Shown: piece by piece, positions 1 through 12,463 of the stretch | Layout: each line of letters begins with the position of its first letter | Numbering within the stretch: the first letter of the stretch is position 1 | Assembly (NCBI GenBank): GCA_964106645.2 | Contig: OZ067042.1 | Length of the DNA: 64,000 nucleotides | Reading direction: 5' to 3' (one strand) | From: Podarcis pityusensis | Lineage: Eukaryota | Notes under the pieces: model-generated | The model's input: the letters and a program-made list of their open reading frames with translations, nothing else | What the model was told of the DNA's origin: nothing | The model's database searches: none | Translations under genes and position numbers: made by a program

Positions 1-979
1 TTTCACCACAAGTAGGACCATCTGCACATGGGTCCTTAGAAAATGCTAAATTGGACATTTTGAGTGCAAGTAACATAAACCTCAGTAATTTTTGATTATA
101 CTCTTTTAAGTTCAGAAAACTACATTGGTTCATGTGGGCAGAAGGCCAAAGGGCAGTCTCTCTCAAACAGCACAAATGACAGGGTGTTAGCACTTCTAAG
201 GAATTCTGCTTCTCTCAAATGTTCATGTTCCTCCCTCACTTTCTAATGGTTGGCTGTTGTCTTTCCACCCACTAATACAATTTAGATCCTAAACTTCAGT
301 TTTAAAAGGAACGATACTAAACTCATAATACAAACTGAAGTAAAATTAAACTTGGCCCACTACATTATTTGTTGACCCACCAAGCTGAATACAGCTCATT
401 AAATTTATGTACTGTGACCCACCAGGGGCCTGAAAAAGTATGCTACTGCAAAAACAGGGGACATTATCAAACCTGGCAGGCCACAGTACATATCAAATAG
501 GCTGCATTTGGCTAGGTGTGTCCCAAGCTATGCAGGCCTGCCCTAGACAGTGACCTTGACACTTAAGAAGGTTTACTACATTAGCTGCTGTATCAGTCAG
601 GAAATGCAGACACAAAGCCAGGCAAGAGAGTCTCGTTTATTTGATGTGGGAGGTGGGAGCAAGCACTTAAATTGATACTAGAATTATAATTCATTATGGG
701 CAAGGAAAATAATTAAAAATAAATGTCACCTTAGTGTTTTAATCACCTTGGTGTTTTAACATTCATTAGCAATGACACTGGGAGCTAAGGTGAGATTGTC
801 TTACTCAGCAATTGGAGAGAACAGAGCTTGCATGTTTTCCCTTACTCTATTGTAAGTTAAAGGTTTAGATAGTTTAGGGTTGTTGTTGTTTTAAAAAATG
901 GAAGCTGTAATGATATACGGGTGAGTCTGGATTATCCCATCTGCTGCAACCACCAAACTCCTATGATCCTTGAATGAAA

Positions 980-1380
980 ACGAATCACTGGATCTTGATG
1001 GAATCCACCTGAGCATTCTAAAAAGACTGAAGGATTAAAATGTCAATCTTCTAACAAAAATCTGTAACTCGCCCCAAAGCTTGGCATCCGTCAGAGAACT
1101 GAAAGGAATCTATGTGGCACCAGTGTTTAAAAGAGGTTGGTTCTATGAAGTTACAGGCCCATTAGCTGAACATTTGTTAAAGATAAAATCATTGATCATA
1201 CTTAATAGTAAGACTTGCTGTAGAATCAACATGGCATGGCTTCTACAAAGCTCTGACTCACTATCCTTTTAGAGCTCTTTGAAAGTCTTCACAAGCATGT
1301 GGCGAGGGGAAATTTGGTAAAAATTATATACTTGGACTTTCAAAAGGCTTTGACTAGAACTCTTGTCAAAAATTCATAAT
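980..1380 (+). mobile_element. Degenerate CR1 LINE ORF2 (reverse transcriptase) fragment
   Basis: Broken frames resemble CR1 RT motifs: ..DGIHLSILKRL.., ..VAPVFKRG.., ..YRPIS.., NQHG, ..IYLDFQKAFD; contains frameshifts and stops. Confidence 0.75.
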
Positions 1381-1579
1381 TCAAAAGGACTCCCTGTAAC
1401 CGTTGAACAGCTGATCAGTAATTTCAGCAAGCCTTTTTGCAGTCCATCTGCAGATGCAGTTTGGATTCAAACCGTACCTGTAAATGGGCAAAGAAAGGCT
1501 CACTGACAGTGGATATAGTAGTAATGGTTCTATATAGATAGCTATAAGCAATCTCCTCTAAGTTTAGATACCACATGCT

Positions 1580-1730
1580 ATAAATACCAGTTGTATGAGA
1601 ACAAGAGAATTAGAGGGCTATTCATGTCCTGCTTGTGCGCTACCTGTAGGCATCTTGTTGGCCAGTGTGGGAAACAGCATGCTGTACTAGACAGGTCTTT
1701 GATTTGATTCAGCAGTCCTTTTATGTTGTG
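1580..1730 (+). mobile_element. CR1 LINE 3' end remnant
   Basis: Similar to the other CR1 3' copies in this window (GGCATCTNGTTGGCC...GATTCAGCAG...TTATGTT). Confidence 0.6.
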
Positions 1731-3149
1731 TGTCAAAACTGGCAGAAGACAAAACCTCTAAACAAAGCCATCTATTGTTTCAGAAGTTGTTCACTGTCTT
1801 TTTGGCACCCTAACCCACTGGTACCAGAATGGTGCATTCCAGATGCTGTGGACTATAACTTCCACTGGCCTCATCTCCCACAGCCAAGTCAGGGAAGATA
1901 GATGTTATAGACTAAAATATATGGAGGACACCTGCCCTAAAGATCTGATAGACGCCTCTAAAAGTTAACATCATGCATTGGTTTATATAAGCTTTTGGGT
2001 GCCTACTGGCTAATTAACAATTAAAATAAGATACACTTGTAAGAATAATTTGAATTGCAAACTTATTTGGTCTGGACTTATTATTGTGTTCTTAATCATA
2101 CATAATACATGTGAAAGATGGCAATCTTGCCATCATATCTGAAGTGTGTTGATAGAACCTGATTGTTTCCATTTATATATGTAAATATGGGTCACCAAGT
2201 TTTTTCTCTGATTTAAAAAAGAGCCCAGCTTTTAATGGATTTTTGTATATTAAGTGTTTGGATAAAATGCTCATCATTGTACCTCTTCAGAAAAGGAACA
2301 AAAATAGTACAACACACACTTGTTTCATTAGATCTGGGATTTCTGTCCCTTCTTCCCCAACACACATTGAGCAACACTCTTCAAAACATGATAATAACTC
2401 TTTAGCACTATCAGGAACATATAGAGCAAGCTTTAAATAAATTTATCAAGCCACCACCCTTGAAAAGTACATATTGCTTATGCAATAGGATTATGGAAAC
2501 ACGTTGTCAGAGACACTTAGGGGAAAGGGATAGTCATCCACAACAGGAAGAATGTTCCACATTATTTTGAATGATAAGTATTATTTTCCCTTGCTTATCA
2601 GTTAGGTATGGGTTGATGCATTACCTAGGATCAAACTACAAAGCTAGGCTCCTGTAAACCCACTTGTTCCACAAACTCCTCCTCTTAATCTTCCTCTACA
2701 ACTAAATTGAAGGGCTGATCCATGCTGTCATTTGTCCCATGTCAAACACGTTTTTAATATGAAATAATTGTGCAGAAAGGTCCTTGCATTTTCCATTTAC
2801 AGGAGCATTATACCACCTGTAAATACTGAGAAAGAAAACTGGGTAAAAGGATCATCATACCCTGCTTGATCTAATCAAGGAAGGCAATTATTTCCGATGA
2901 CGTTCACGATTTTAATTTAAAGCGGTTTTTGTATTCCTCCCGCAAGTTGCATGTAAAACTCTACTGACACTATATAAAAACTGCCAATGCTTTTCAACTT
3001 CTCTTCGGCTTTGAGTGTGCATTTGTGAAAGACAAAAGCGCAACTTCACATACGTTTGCCTTCTCAAGTTTCTGAACGTATGGGTGGGCCACGCATTACA
3101 ACAAACACGTTTGAGATCCCCCGAATTTTATTTGTTTTGTTTTGCCTCA

Positions 3150-4500
3150 GCTGCGAGGAGAGGCGTCGTGTCTGATTTTTTTTTTAGTTTACTTTTGTTT
3201 TACTCCACACCTCATTCTCCCCCACCCCCCACATCCCCAAGAGCTGCAGGCATCTGGGGAGTGGCTGCCGTGACTTTCCCTTACACGTAAAGAAGCTTGG
3301 CAGGAAAATCTCGTCGCTTTCACCGGTTCAACCCGATCCAGCTTCGCACTGACGAGCGAGGTGTGGTTGCGGAGACAGAAATGGCAGTTGGGCCGGAGAA
3401 GAGCTCCGGTGGGGTCGAGCGCGGAGGCGGTTATGGGGCAGCCTCTGACCGAGGCAGTCAGGAGAGAGGTCCTTCGCTTGGTCCCATTACTCCTCAGTGC
3501 CCTTATTATGGTGGCGCCTGTGGCAGTTTAATAGCCTCCGGTAAAGGCTGTTAACTCCGTCGCCGCGCCTCGCTCGCTTTTCTTCCTTCGAGCCACCCGT
3601 AGCCGGGAGTGAAGAGCCCCGCCCAGTAAGCAGGTCCCGCCCACCGCCGAGGCTGCTGACTCGGGGCTCGCGGAAGAGAGCCGTTGGAGCCCTGCCTGAG
3701 GAACTCCGCGGCAGCCAATGAGAGAGGCGCTTCTGGCGCGAGGGGGTGGCGGCGATGGCGCCGGCCTCCTGAGGGGAGGATGGGGGGGGGCGGAGGGAAG
3801 CCGAGGAGGCGCGCGAGAGCGGGGAAGTGGGCGCGCAGCTGAGGCGGCTGCGTCTCGCGGTGCGGTCGTCGACTGAGATGACGGTCTGAGGTGAGAGCGG
3901 GGCTGCGGGGAAGGGAGGAGAAGAGGCGAGCTAGGGAAGGGCGCATTCCTCGCCCGGGAGCCGTCGAAGTCGGTGCTGGGCTCCTCCAACCCTCCCTCGG
4001 AGTTGCTTGGAGTGGGGGGGGGGCGCTACCTCAGCAGCCCCCTTTTCCCGCTTCGGTTTGCCGCCGCCAGCCTCTCTCGGCGGCTTCGTGGCCCGAGGGG
4101 ACTCGGAAGCTGCGGGGTAGGGGGAGGTCAGTCCGTCGGGGGCGGGAGGGGCGTGAATTCAGCGGCAGAAAACACGACCTTTGCTCGGGAGAGCAACACG
4201 GCCGCGTCCCTCATCCCCCGCGGGGCGCGGCAGGGCAGGACGAGCAGCGCAGAGTCCCTTTCCGAGAGGCGTTGAAGGAACGGTTTTCGGCGGCTGCTGT
4301 CCGGTTGCTTCGCCCGACTTAAACCTGGTGTGTTACAAGTGGGCTGTGCAATTCTGAGATATGCAGGGGGGCATCCTTAAGTGTTGCAGTTCAGCATGCT
4401 TTTAGAACTTCTTGTTGCCTTCCCTTCCCAATGCGAGCTCTGTTCCTAAATATGAGACGCGGCTCTTCCCCCCGATCGCGTTTTTTTTAACACCACCTGG
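3150..4500. promoter_or_regulatory. FARP2: CpG island / FARP2 promoter
   Basis: Sharp rise in GC and CpG in an AT-rich background; GC boxes at 3617-3624 and 3636-3642; NF-Y-type GCAGCCAATGAG (CCAAT 3715-3719); lies upstream of the first coding exon. Confidence 0.9.
3800..3890 (+). other. FARP2: FARP2 exon 1 (non-coding 5'UTR; start approximate)
   Basis: Donor GAG|GTGAGA at 3890/3891 inside the CpG island, downstream of CCAAT/GC boxes; exon 2 has its own acceptor before the ATG, so an upstream exon is required. Confidence 0.65.
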
Positions 4501-5222
4501 CGCATGCTGCTCTCATTATGGTTGATTTGGTGCAAATAACGTCAGTTTTTCCAAGACGTTGGTTTCAAAGGGCATACTTGAGGGTTCCTCCCCCCCTCCA
4601 CTTCTAGAAGGCTTGTAGAGTACTTACTTACACACTACTTTCAAAGGACGGTAATTAGGTGGCCATATGCTCACATAGTTGTTTCTAATTATTTATGCAA
4701 CCCAGCCTTTGATAGCGTTTAGCTCTAATGAGGAGCCTACGTGCTTTATGCTTTGGAGTTTTGCAAAAAAAATAATGCTCGTAGACCCCACCCTACAGGC
4801 TTGGTACAAGCTTCCCCATGAAACCTCCTGGTACCTTGCTGTGTGCGCCATTATTTATACTGCAGCTATGGCCAGTGTGCAGACGCACAATGATAAATAC
4901 TTACATGTGCAATCATTATACTAACTAGATTCTCTACATGTGAATTTCAGAGTTAAGTCTTAGCTATATGGAGATGTCTTCCTGAAAATCTGCAATATGT
5001 GAAACTTCCTGAAAGGATTGTTCAGACTGCAGCTTCTCTGGCATCTAGTTTCATAGTGTGAAAATGGAATTAAAAGGAAAATATTGCAAAAATAAATATC
5101 TAATAGTATAAGATGATAGGTGTACTGATCCAGTTCCTGTTTTGCTGTTTTGAATATCTTGTCAATATTCTGTTTGGATCAATACTCTGTATGGCTTGTA
5201 AGTGTCTCAAAATGGCCTGATA

Positions 5223-5464
5223 CAGTGGTACCTCGGGTTACATACACTTCAGGTTACATACGCTTCAGGTTACAGACTCCACTAACCCACAAATAGCACC
5301 TAGGGTTAAGAACTTTGCTTCAGGATGAGAACAGAAATCGTACTCCGGCGGCGTGGTGGCTGCAGGAGGCCCCATTAGCTAAAGTGGTGCTTCAGGTTAA
5401 GAACAGTTTCAGGTTAAGTACGGACCTCTGGAACGAATTAAGTATTTAACCCGAGGTACCACTG
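5223..5464. mobile_element. Tc1/mariner (pogo/Tigger-like) MITE
   Basis: Perfect 18-bp TIR CAGTGGTACCTCGGGTTA / TAACCCGAGGTACCACTG, TA on both flanks; near-identical copy at 51748-51978. Confidence 0.9.
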
Positions 5465-8365
5465 TACTTGGAAATCCCCTTTCTGCCAAGTTATTTTAGT
5501 CTAGTAAATTATATCTCTTGTAGACATTTAGTTATATTGTAGTAGACTTCATGCAGTTGATCCAAGGCCACCTCTGCCCCATTTCAGAGCCTATTGCCAG
5601 CTACTGCCAGCAGGAACACTGCCAGCAGTAGAACTACACCCACAGAGCTTTCAGCAGGTGCGCCAGAAGCCTCTGTGGAGGAGGTTTCTCGCTGACTAGT
5701 GAAGCCCTTTGCTGGTAGGAAGGCATCTCTGTGAAGTTCTAACCCCCTCAAGGTTATGGATTGGGGAGTTAGTGTTGTTCCATCCATTGAGTGGGTTTGC
5801 TTTGCTTTTTAGCTGGAGTCTTTCATCATTTGTATAATTGGGATTTCAGTTAGGTAGCACTGCTGTGGTAAAGCTTATGTATGTCCAAATTTGCATTTGC
5901 AGCTGTATCAGCGGCACACATGGATTTTTCTTGTAGGCTTGGGGGAATAGTAGATTCTGTATACAGTATTTGTTGCAGTATCCTTTGATAACTTTTTGTG
6001 TTTGATAATGTTTTGCAACAATTGTGTCCGTCCCGTCCCCCCCAATGGAGGGTATGAGGATTAATATTTTTCTTAAACCATTCTGGGCTTTCTGTTGTTG
6101 ATAAAGAATGCATTTTCATTTACAATTGCTGTCTTGCCACATATTTCTGATACAATGCCTGAAAAGTTATCTTCCATCTAGGGTACTCCTCTTGTGCTGC
6201 TGCTTATCCCCAAGTCTCATGCAAGGCAGGCACAAAAAGGTTTATATCAGTTATTGCTGAGGTTTGGGCAGCAACAGTTAACACTTAACTTTTCTGAGGA
6301 TGGAAATTTACAAGCATGCCGTGCTATTTATATCTAACAGTTTATTTTAGCTAAAGTACTTTGATTCTATTCTAGCTATTGATTTGGAATGTTGTGTTAG
6401 CCTGTTCTTTCTTAGGAGGTTTAGGGCAGGTAGTAGTTAAGTACACATACTAAAAATACGTTTGTTTGAAAAAGAGACACTAAAGCTCACCCATCACAAC
6501 TCCATTTGCAATCCCCTTGTCCAAATAAATAAATGTGTCTGTTGTTTCCAGAAGATAGACCTGGACTTAATGGATTACATCCAAAGAAGCCTGCCTGATT
6601 GTGCAATAGGATTTTCCTACTTCTCCCCACACATCCTGTAGACCCCTGACCCCACCTGCTCTAGAGTGTTCCCAGAAGATATACCCGAACTTAATGGGTA
6701 GTCCCCAGTTCAGCCCCAAAATCTGCTCTAGGGGGTTTTATTAACTGGAACAGATTTGGGGGGCTCTTGGGAGACTTCAGGGGGGAAGAGAAGAGGAAGT
6801 CCTGTTGTATAAGCGGAAGTCTGCTTGCACAGTGTTGGATGTCTCTCAGTAAAGCTCTGAAAGATGGGAACTAATAAAGGCAAGGAAATGTTTTTGTTGG
6901 TTGGTTTAACAGAATTTATATGACGCTTGAGTGTAAAATTTTTTTTCCTTTAAGTGGTTTACAAAAATAAGTTACTGAAAGTGCCTTTCTACACATGCAC
7001 CAAGAAATAGCTCACAGTTGAACACAGAAATTATGACTGGACAAACCTCAATGTCTGAATCAACCTAGTGTATATTACTGCTTGCTTCAGAACTCACACT
7101 GCATTAATTGGTTACAATATACTCACTGTTCTATTGTTTCAGTTATACTGAATGGACAACTAAAACTGGCATTCCTGACTTGGCTGTTGCAAGCTACTGG
7201 TCTTCTAAGTTAAGCAGAATTAGAGATTTTGTCTGTGAAGTAGCAAACTTGCCACAGTTGAGAGAGCTTATATTTGGCTTTCAATTCTGGAAAGCTATAC
7301 CCAGAGCAATCTTTGCAAATGTTATGGGTTTGTGATATTGATTGACTTAAGCTTGGAAGATGGGAGTTTCATTGGGAGGGAGGTTTGGAAGTACTCATAA
7401 TATGCCATATTCATGAGTTATTGGCCAGTTGTTTAGACGGCATAATTAACTTGTTATGCTACTATCTGGCGTAAGCTAACACAAAATGCAGTATGCTGTA
7501 ATGAATATGTTTCATGCTTTGACAGTTCCATATATTTATTCAAGTTGCTATGCAGCCTCACTACTAAAAATGGAAGGTTTTATCTGTTTTAGATTTTTTT
7601 GTTTCTGTCTTTCCCTCTTTATACGTACCCACTTGCTGCATCATTCTGGCACCCATATTAATCCTGGATTATGGACAGGTTGAATCTCCCCGATTCCTTA
7701 CTTTGCCCCTACTTCAATCCAGGGGTGGACTACAGGTTTAGGAAGGTTCCACTTTCAAATCCATCTTGCACAGTCCACTTAACTTTTTTGTGTTTTGCCC
7801 CAAGATGAAGTAGTGAGAAGGATGACATAACTCTGAGGCTCTTGCCAACTTCAAATCCTCAACAAGTAATTAGTAAAGCAACATATTCTAGTATTCTTAC
7901 TTCAAAGATTGAATTTCAATCTATTTTACAACTTTCTTTGAAAATGGATTTGATGTTTGAGCCCCAAATACAGAGTGACGTCCTGAATGTGTGCACCAAT
8001 TCTCATCTGGATGTTTTAATCTTCATGGGAGGTTATTGTGTTGTGTCTTCCTTGAGCTGGATTTGGAATTCAGAATTCTATCCTAAATATGTGTACCAAC
8101 TTAATTTTTGTATCTCAGTGTTCAGAGGAGTTGTTACGTTACTCACTCATGCATGCTGAACAGGAGGAATTGCCCCCAAAATCTTGTTGTGGGTAGTGAG
8201 TGTACAGAGCTGTAGAGCAACTTTCAACAGCTAATTGTTATATTTTTGCACAAATTCATGGTGTACTGACTTTAAAATCATGGTGTACTGACTTTAAAAG
8301 TTATTAAAATAAATTATTTGTATTTTTCTCTCTTAGTTCATTGGATTGTTGCTTGATGGTGGAAA

Positions 8366-8569
8366 ATGGGCGAGATAGAAGGCACTTACAGAGTGCTGCA
8401 GACTCCAGGTTCTCGTTTGGGAGTCCAGAAAAATTCTGGAGTGAGCACCCTGGAATCAGGACAGAACCTCTCCTCTGCTATAGCCTCAACACCTGCTAAA
8501 ACACATGAGAGGTCTCTACAAATAAGGATAAAGCATTTGGACAACACTGTGGAGATACTTGATATTGAG
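8366..8569 (+). CDS. FARP2: FARP2 exon 2 (exon begins 8337; ATG 8366), N-terminus and start of FERM F1
   Basis: MGEIEGTYRVLQT...LDNTVEILDIE matches the FARP2 N-terminus; acceptor tcttag|, donor GAG|gtaaaa. Confidence 0.97.
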
Positions 8570-11500
8570 GTAAAACTTTCAGTATAGCTTTGGATTTTTG
8601 TCTGTATGCAACATGGAAAAGGGATTCATTTGAGAAAGGGAGTGAATCATAGAAAATGCACTTAATGAGGTTAAAAGGTCTTTAGCTATTCTGGTGAGGC
8701 ATATAGGAACAACATGTAATGTTACAAATATAAGAATCTCAAGATCAAATCAAACACATGGTTTAATTTATTTATTTTCTCACTAAAACCCCATTACATA
8801 TGGGACTTAAAACAATGTTAAACCACCATGGTAAAAATGTATTTACCTCCCTATATAGTCTGTATGTGGCCATGTAAGCAGGTGTCCTGTTCTTTTGGAG
8901 GACTAGTTTATTGTTAGTGCCCCTGTTCTTAAATGGGGTGGAGGGATGATATGAAGCAAATGGGGGAAGTGAAGTGGTTTTTCCATTTTTGACTGATAAG
9001 AAGTGCCCCCAGCCAAAATGTCTAAATATTGTGAAACCTGGAGGAAGAAATACATAAACAGGATAGTCTTGAGTCTACCGCTGATGTACACCTTGGCTAG
9101 GGCCAAATTGGCCTTTTCTGTTCCCACCCCCCACCCCAGTCATGCCTGTGCTCATATTGATAGAAAACAAGAATTCTGAAGCACCTGTTTAGGAGTGTTC
9201 TAAATTAATCTTTTCTGTAGTTTCACTTGGAGGAGAGAGGCAAAACTAGATTATCATTCTAGATTATCATTAAGCAATTAGTGGGGGAAATGCTTTATGC
9301 CGTTTACCCCTGATACTTTTAGGTAATGTATTTCTTCATAAATGTAGGATACGATTTCATTACAAATGGTTGTACAATTCCTTTAGTCATAAATGCTTCA
9401 GAACATTGCTAGGTGAAATTTTCTTGCATAATTCAGATATGAAGTTCTTGCTTAAAGTTTCTGAAAGAAAATCTAATGTAGCTTGATATATAATTTTATT
9501 GCCAAAGAAGTACAGATTTTATCTTGAATGTGTGTCTCTTGTAATCATATTTTCCCACAACTGGAGCTTCCCAAATGTGTCATTTGGTGTAGGCTGTTTG
9601 AATTGGCTATCATACTAAATAATGTTTCCACTTCTTGATACAGACTAGTTGCCCACACTTTCAGATGCACTGTAATAGAGTGAGTACTTTATTTTGTGTT
9701 CTGTAACTGTTTTGTGTGAATTCTCCTCCTGCACTAACTGATGCTGTGACCATCACTGACCCTGATTAAAAGAAAACCAAGTATGTTCCTTTGAGTATTT
9801 CAGTGTAATCCACCTTCATACAACTAGGGGAGAGGATTTTCTAGAAGGGATTTTCCAGAGGTGACTTAAGTATCCTGTGACTGCTTAACAAAATATATTA
9901 ACATGCCATCAGGGTGCAGTTAGTTAATGCACGTAGCCAGTTGCAGAGCACATCTTCCAGTTGCACGAAGAGAGTGGAAAAATAATTCTTAAATTCTTTT
10001 GAAAGCTATTGAGTATTAGAATATTCTCTTTAGCTATTTTTTAAATAATTGTCTGATACTTTTTCTTTAGATTTCTTAAATTACTGTTTGGTATTTGAGT
10101 CATTTTAAGTTTTCCCGGCTTGTTGCAATAAGTTATCTATGTAAGGTCTGAATCCCACAAGTGAAAATGGCCTGCTTTCAAACTTTCATTAAGTTGGGGT
10201 TAGACAAGTCAGATTCTATTATTTTATCATGTGTGGTTTATGTGCCACTTCAACAGGCATGGTATAAAAATGGGCACACTTTGCTCTTGTTGTCCTAAAT
10301 CAGTATTTTAATGTCTTGATTTACTTAAAATAAAATCTGTATATGGTTGACCATGACTCACTACATTCTGAGGTCTAAAATAAAGAACTGTTTTTGGAAC
10401 TCAGAAAGTTTATTGAGCTATACAGGAAGTAATCTGGAAGTTTTTACACAAGGCTGTGATTTCCTGTGGTTATACAGGAAAAAACAGCTGCTAACTAAAG
10501 GGAAATATAAAAGCATAAATACACAAACAAAACCCCAGTTAGGCTAAAGAAGGTTTGTTGATTTGAAGGACTGATGGAAAGAAAAAGATGTTAAAATAAT
10601 TTCATCAGCTGACTACTTGTAAACACATTGTAGGAGTTTGTGCTGTGAAGTTACTTTTGACAATATGCGCATGTAGCATGTAGCAGTTTTTAGGACAGCA
10701 TCTGGCAAATGCCCAGTATTCCATACTGCTCCCAAAGAAGGAAATAGACTTAACTCAAAAGGTTGTTGTTTTTTCCCCCTTGGCAGAGACAATCTTTTCC
10801 TTATTCTGATTTTTCTTTTGGTCATTCTTTCATAATGCATTTGTTTTATTTCGTGAAGCTGTATGCTATGAAAGTGTTAACCACTTTAAATGTGCAAAAT
10901 GGGGGAGGATGAACTCTTTCAAATCCCTTTAAATACTGTGCTATAAGAATCAAAAAGATGTTAGGATAGTCAGTGCCTTGTTGGTTGAGTAGGAAAAAAA
11001 TAGACAAAATTCCAGAAAGAATCATTGCCAGATGTTTGTCATGACTCTGAATACTCTAAATATGGCCAGTTAACTGCCTTGAGCTTATTTTTATCTGTCC
11101 TTAGAAGAGACCTATAATTCATGGCTGTGGATATTACAGGTTCTTCTTAAAAAACAATTTTCAATTTCCATTCTCCCTGTTATTTGGACTGCTATATTGT
11201 TAAGCCTGTTATTTTGTTAATGGCTTGACTTTCTTTTGAAACCGTTTTTGAGAACAACTGTTTTACCTCCCATGAACTACAAGCCAGTAGCAAGAATTGG
11301 GCTTCAGCTAGCACTTGGTTTAGTTGTGTTAAATTGTGTTTCCTTGACAAAAGAACTCATTTGTTCCTGGTAATGGCATTTACTTATAACTGATTTTTCA
11401 GTGGAACATATTTGAGTCGTTTGGGGGTAACTAAAATTGTTATCTAGCACAGAGACATAGTGCCCTAATTGGCAACCACATTGGCCAGTAGCTTGTCTGC

Positions 11501-12326
11501 TCTTTGGCCTGCTTCTCATGTCATGTTAAGCCAGTATTAAATCCTGGTTTATTTAAACAATGGTTTATTGAACAAACTAGGCTCAAGTTAAATGATGATC
11601 TGCAGTCAGTCAAACTAACTGTAATTTGTTTCAGCATATTCTGTCCTCCTATTCCACTTCTTGTCCTCAGCTGTCTCAACCTGTCATCCACTAAACCTTT
11701 GTGGTGCCCAACTGCTGACATTGCCTCATTTCCCTTTCCATTGGTTGGCTGTGAGAGTGATGGTGTGTCAAACAGTTACCCTTCCCCTTTGTTCCTCCAA
11801 GAAATATTCATACTTTGTACCTTTAACACTTTTCATTTTTCTCTGCAATTGCACTTTTATTTTTTGTTCCATAACTGGCATGCAGTACCATGAAGTCATG
11901 CTTTGAGTTTAGTAAGCATTACTTGCTTTGGCACTATTGCATCTCATTCTCTACCCATTTCTTCTGTTGCTGGAGGGTTTCTTTTTTCTTTTTTTCTGGA
12001 AAGACTGCTTTTACTAATTCACATTTAAGTACTTTCATTTTTTAGTTGTAATAAATGTCCAGACCTCATAAGAACATAGTTCAGATCATGAAAGATCAAC
12101 ATAGGAAATGTTTATTGGGACTATTTGACAAATTAAGGAATGCAGTACAATATTAGATCATCACTCCCTGAACTTCAGAGCATGGGAAGTCACCCAAATA
12201 TATATAATTTGGCATGATTGTTCAGCTTTTTTGATTGTATGATAATTTGGAATGTTTTAATGTGGTTTTTATTGGATTGTTAAAATGGAAAATTTAATCA
12301 TTTTTTAAAAAGAACATAGATGAGAT

Positions 12327-12463
12327 CAGTGCTTTTTTTCTGGAAGGGATGCATACCCCTAAACATTTTGTGAATCTAAGTTTGGCTTCATTGAGGGACA
12401 GTATTTCAATATTAGTAGGAAAGTGAGAGTACCCCTAAACATTTTTTTTAGAAAAAAGCACTG
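12327..12463. mobile_element. hAT-type MITE
   Basis: TIR CAGTGCTTTTTT..AAAAAAGCACTG; 8-bp flanks GATGAGAT/GTTGAGAT; second copy at 17781-17926. Confidence 0.85.

Noticed and set aside
726-759. Short tandem duplications (17 bp here; 13 bp near 9247; TGCTGGTGAATCA near 48505)
   Set aside because: Ordinary slippage duplications with no link to a functional site.
1-3000. 3' end of an upstream neighbour (SEPTIN2 in mammals)
   Set aside because: No recognisable septin exon; the AATAAA near 718 alone is not enough evidence.
3297-4322. Several 85-153-aa Pro/Arg/Gly-rich ORFs
   Set aside because: Expected from the stop-poor CpG island; no recognisable protein family.
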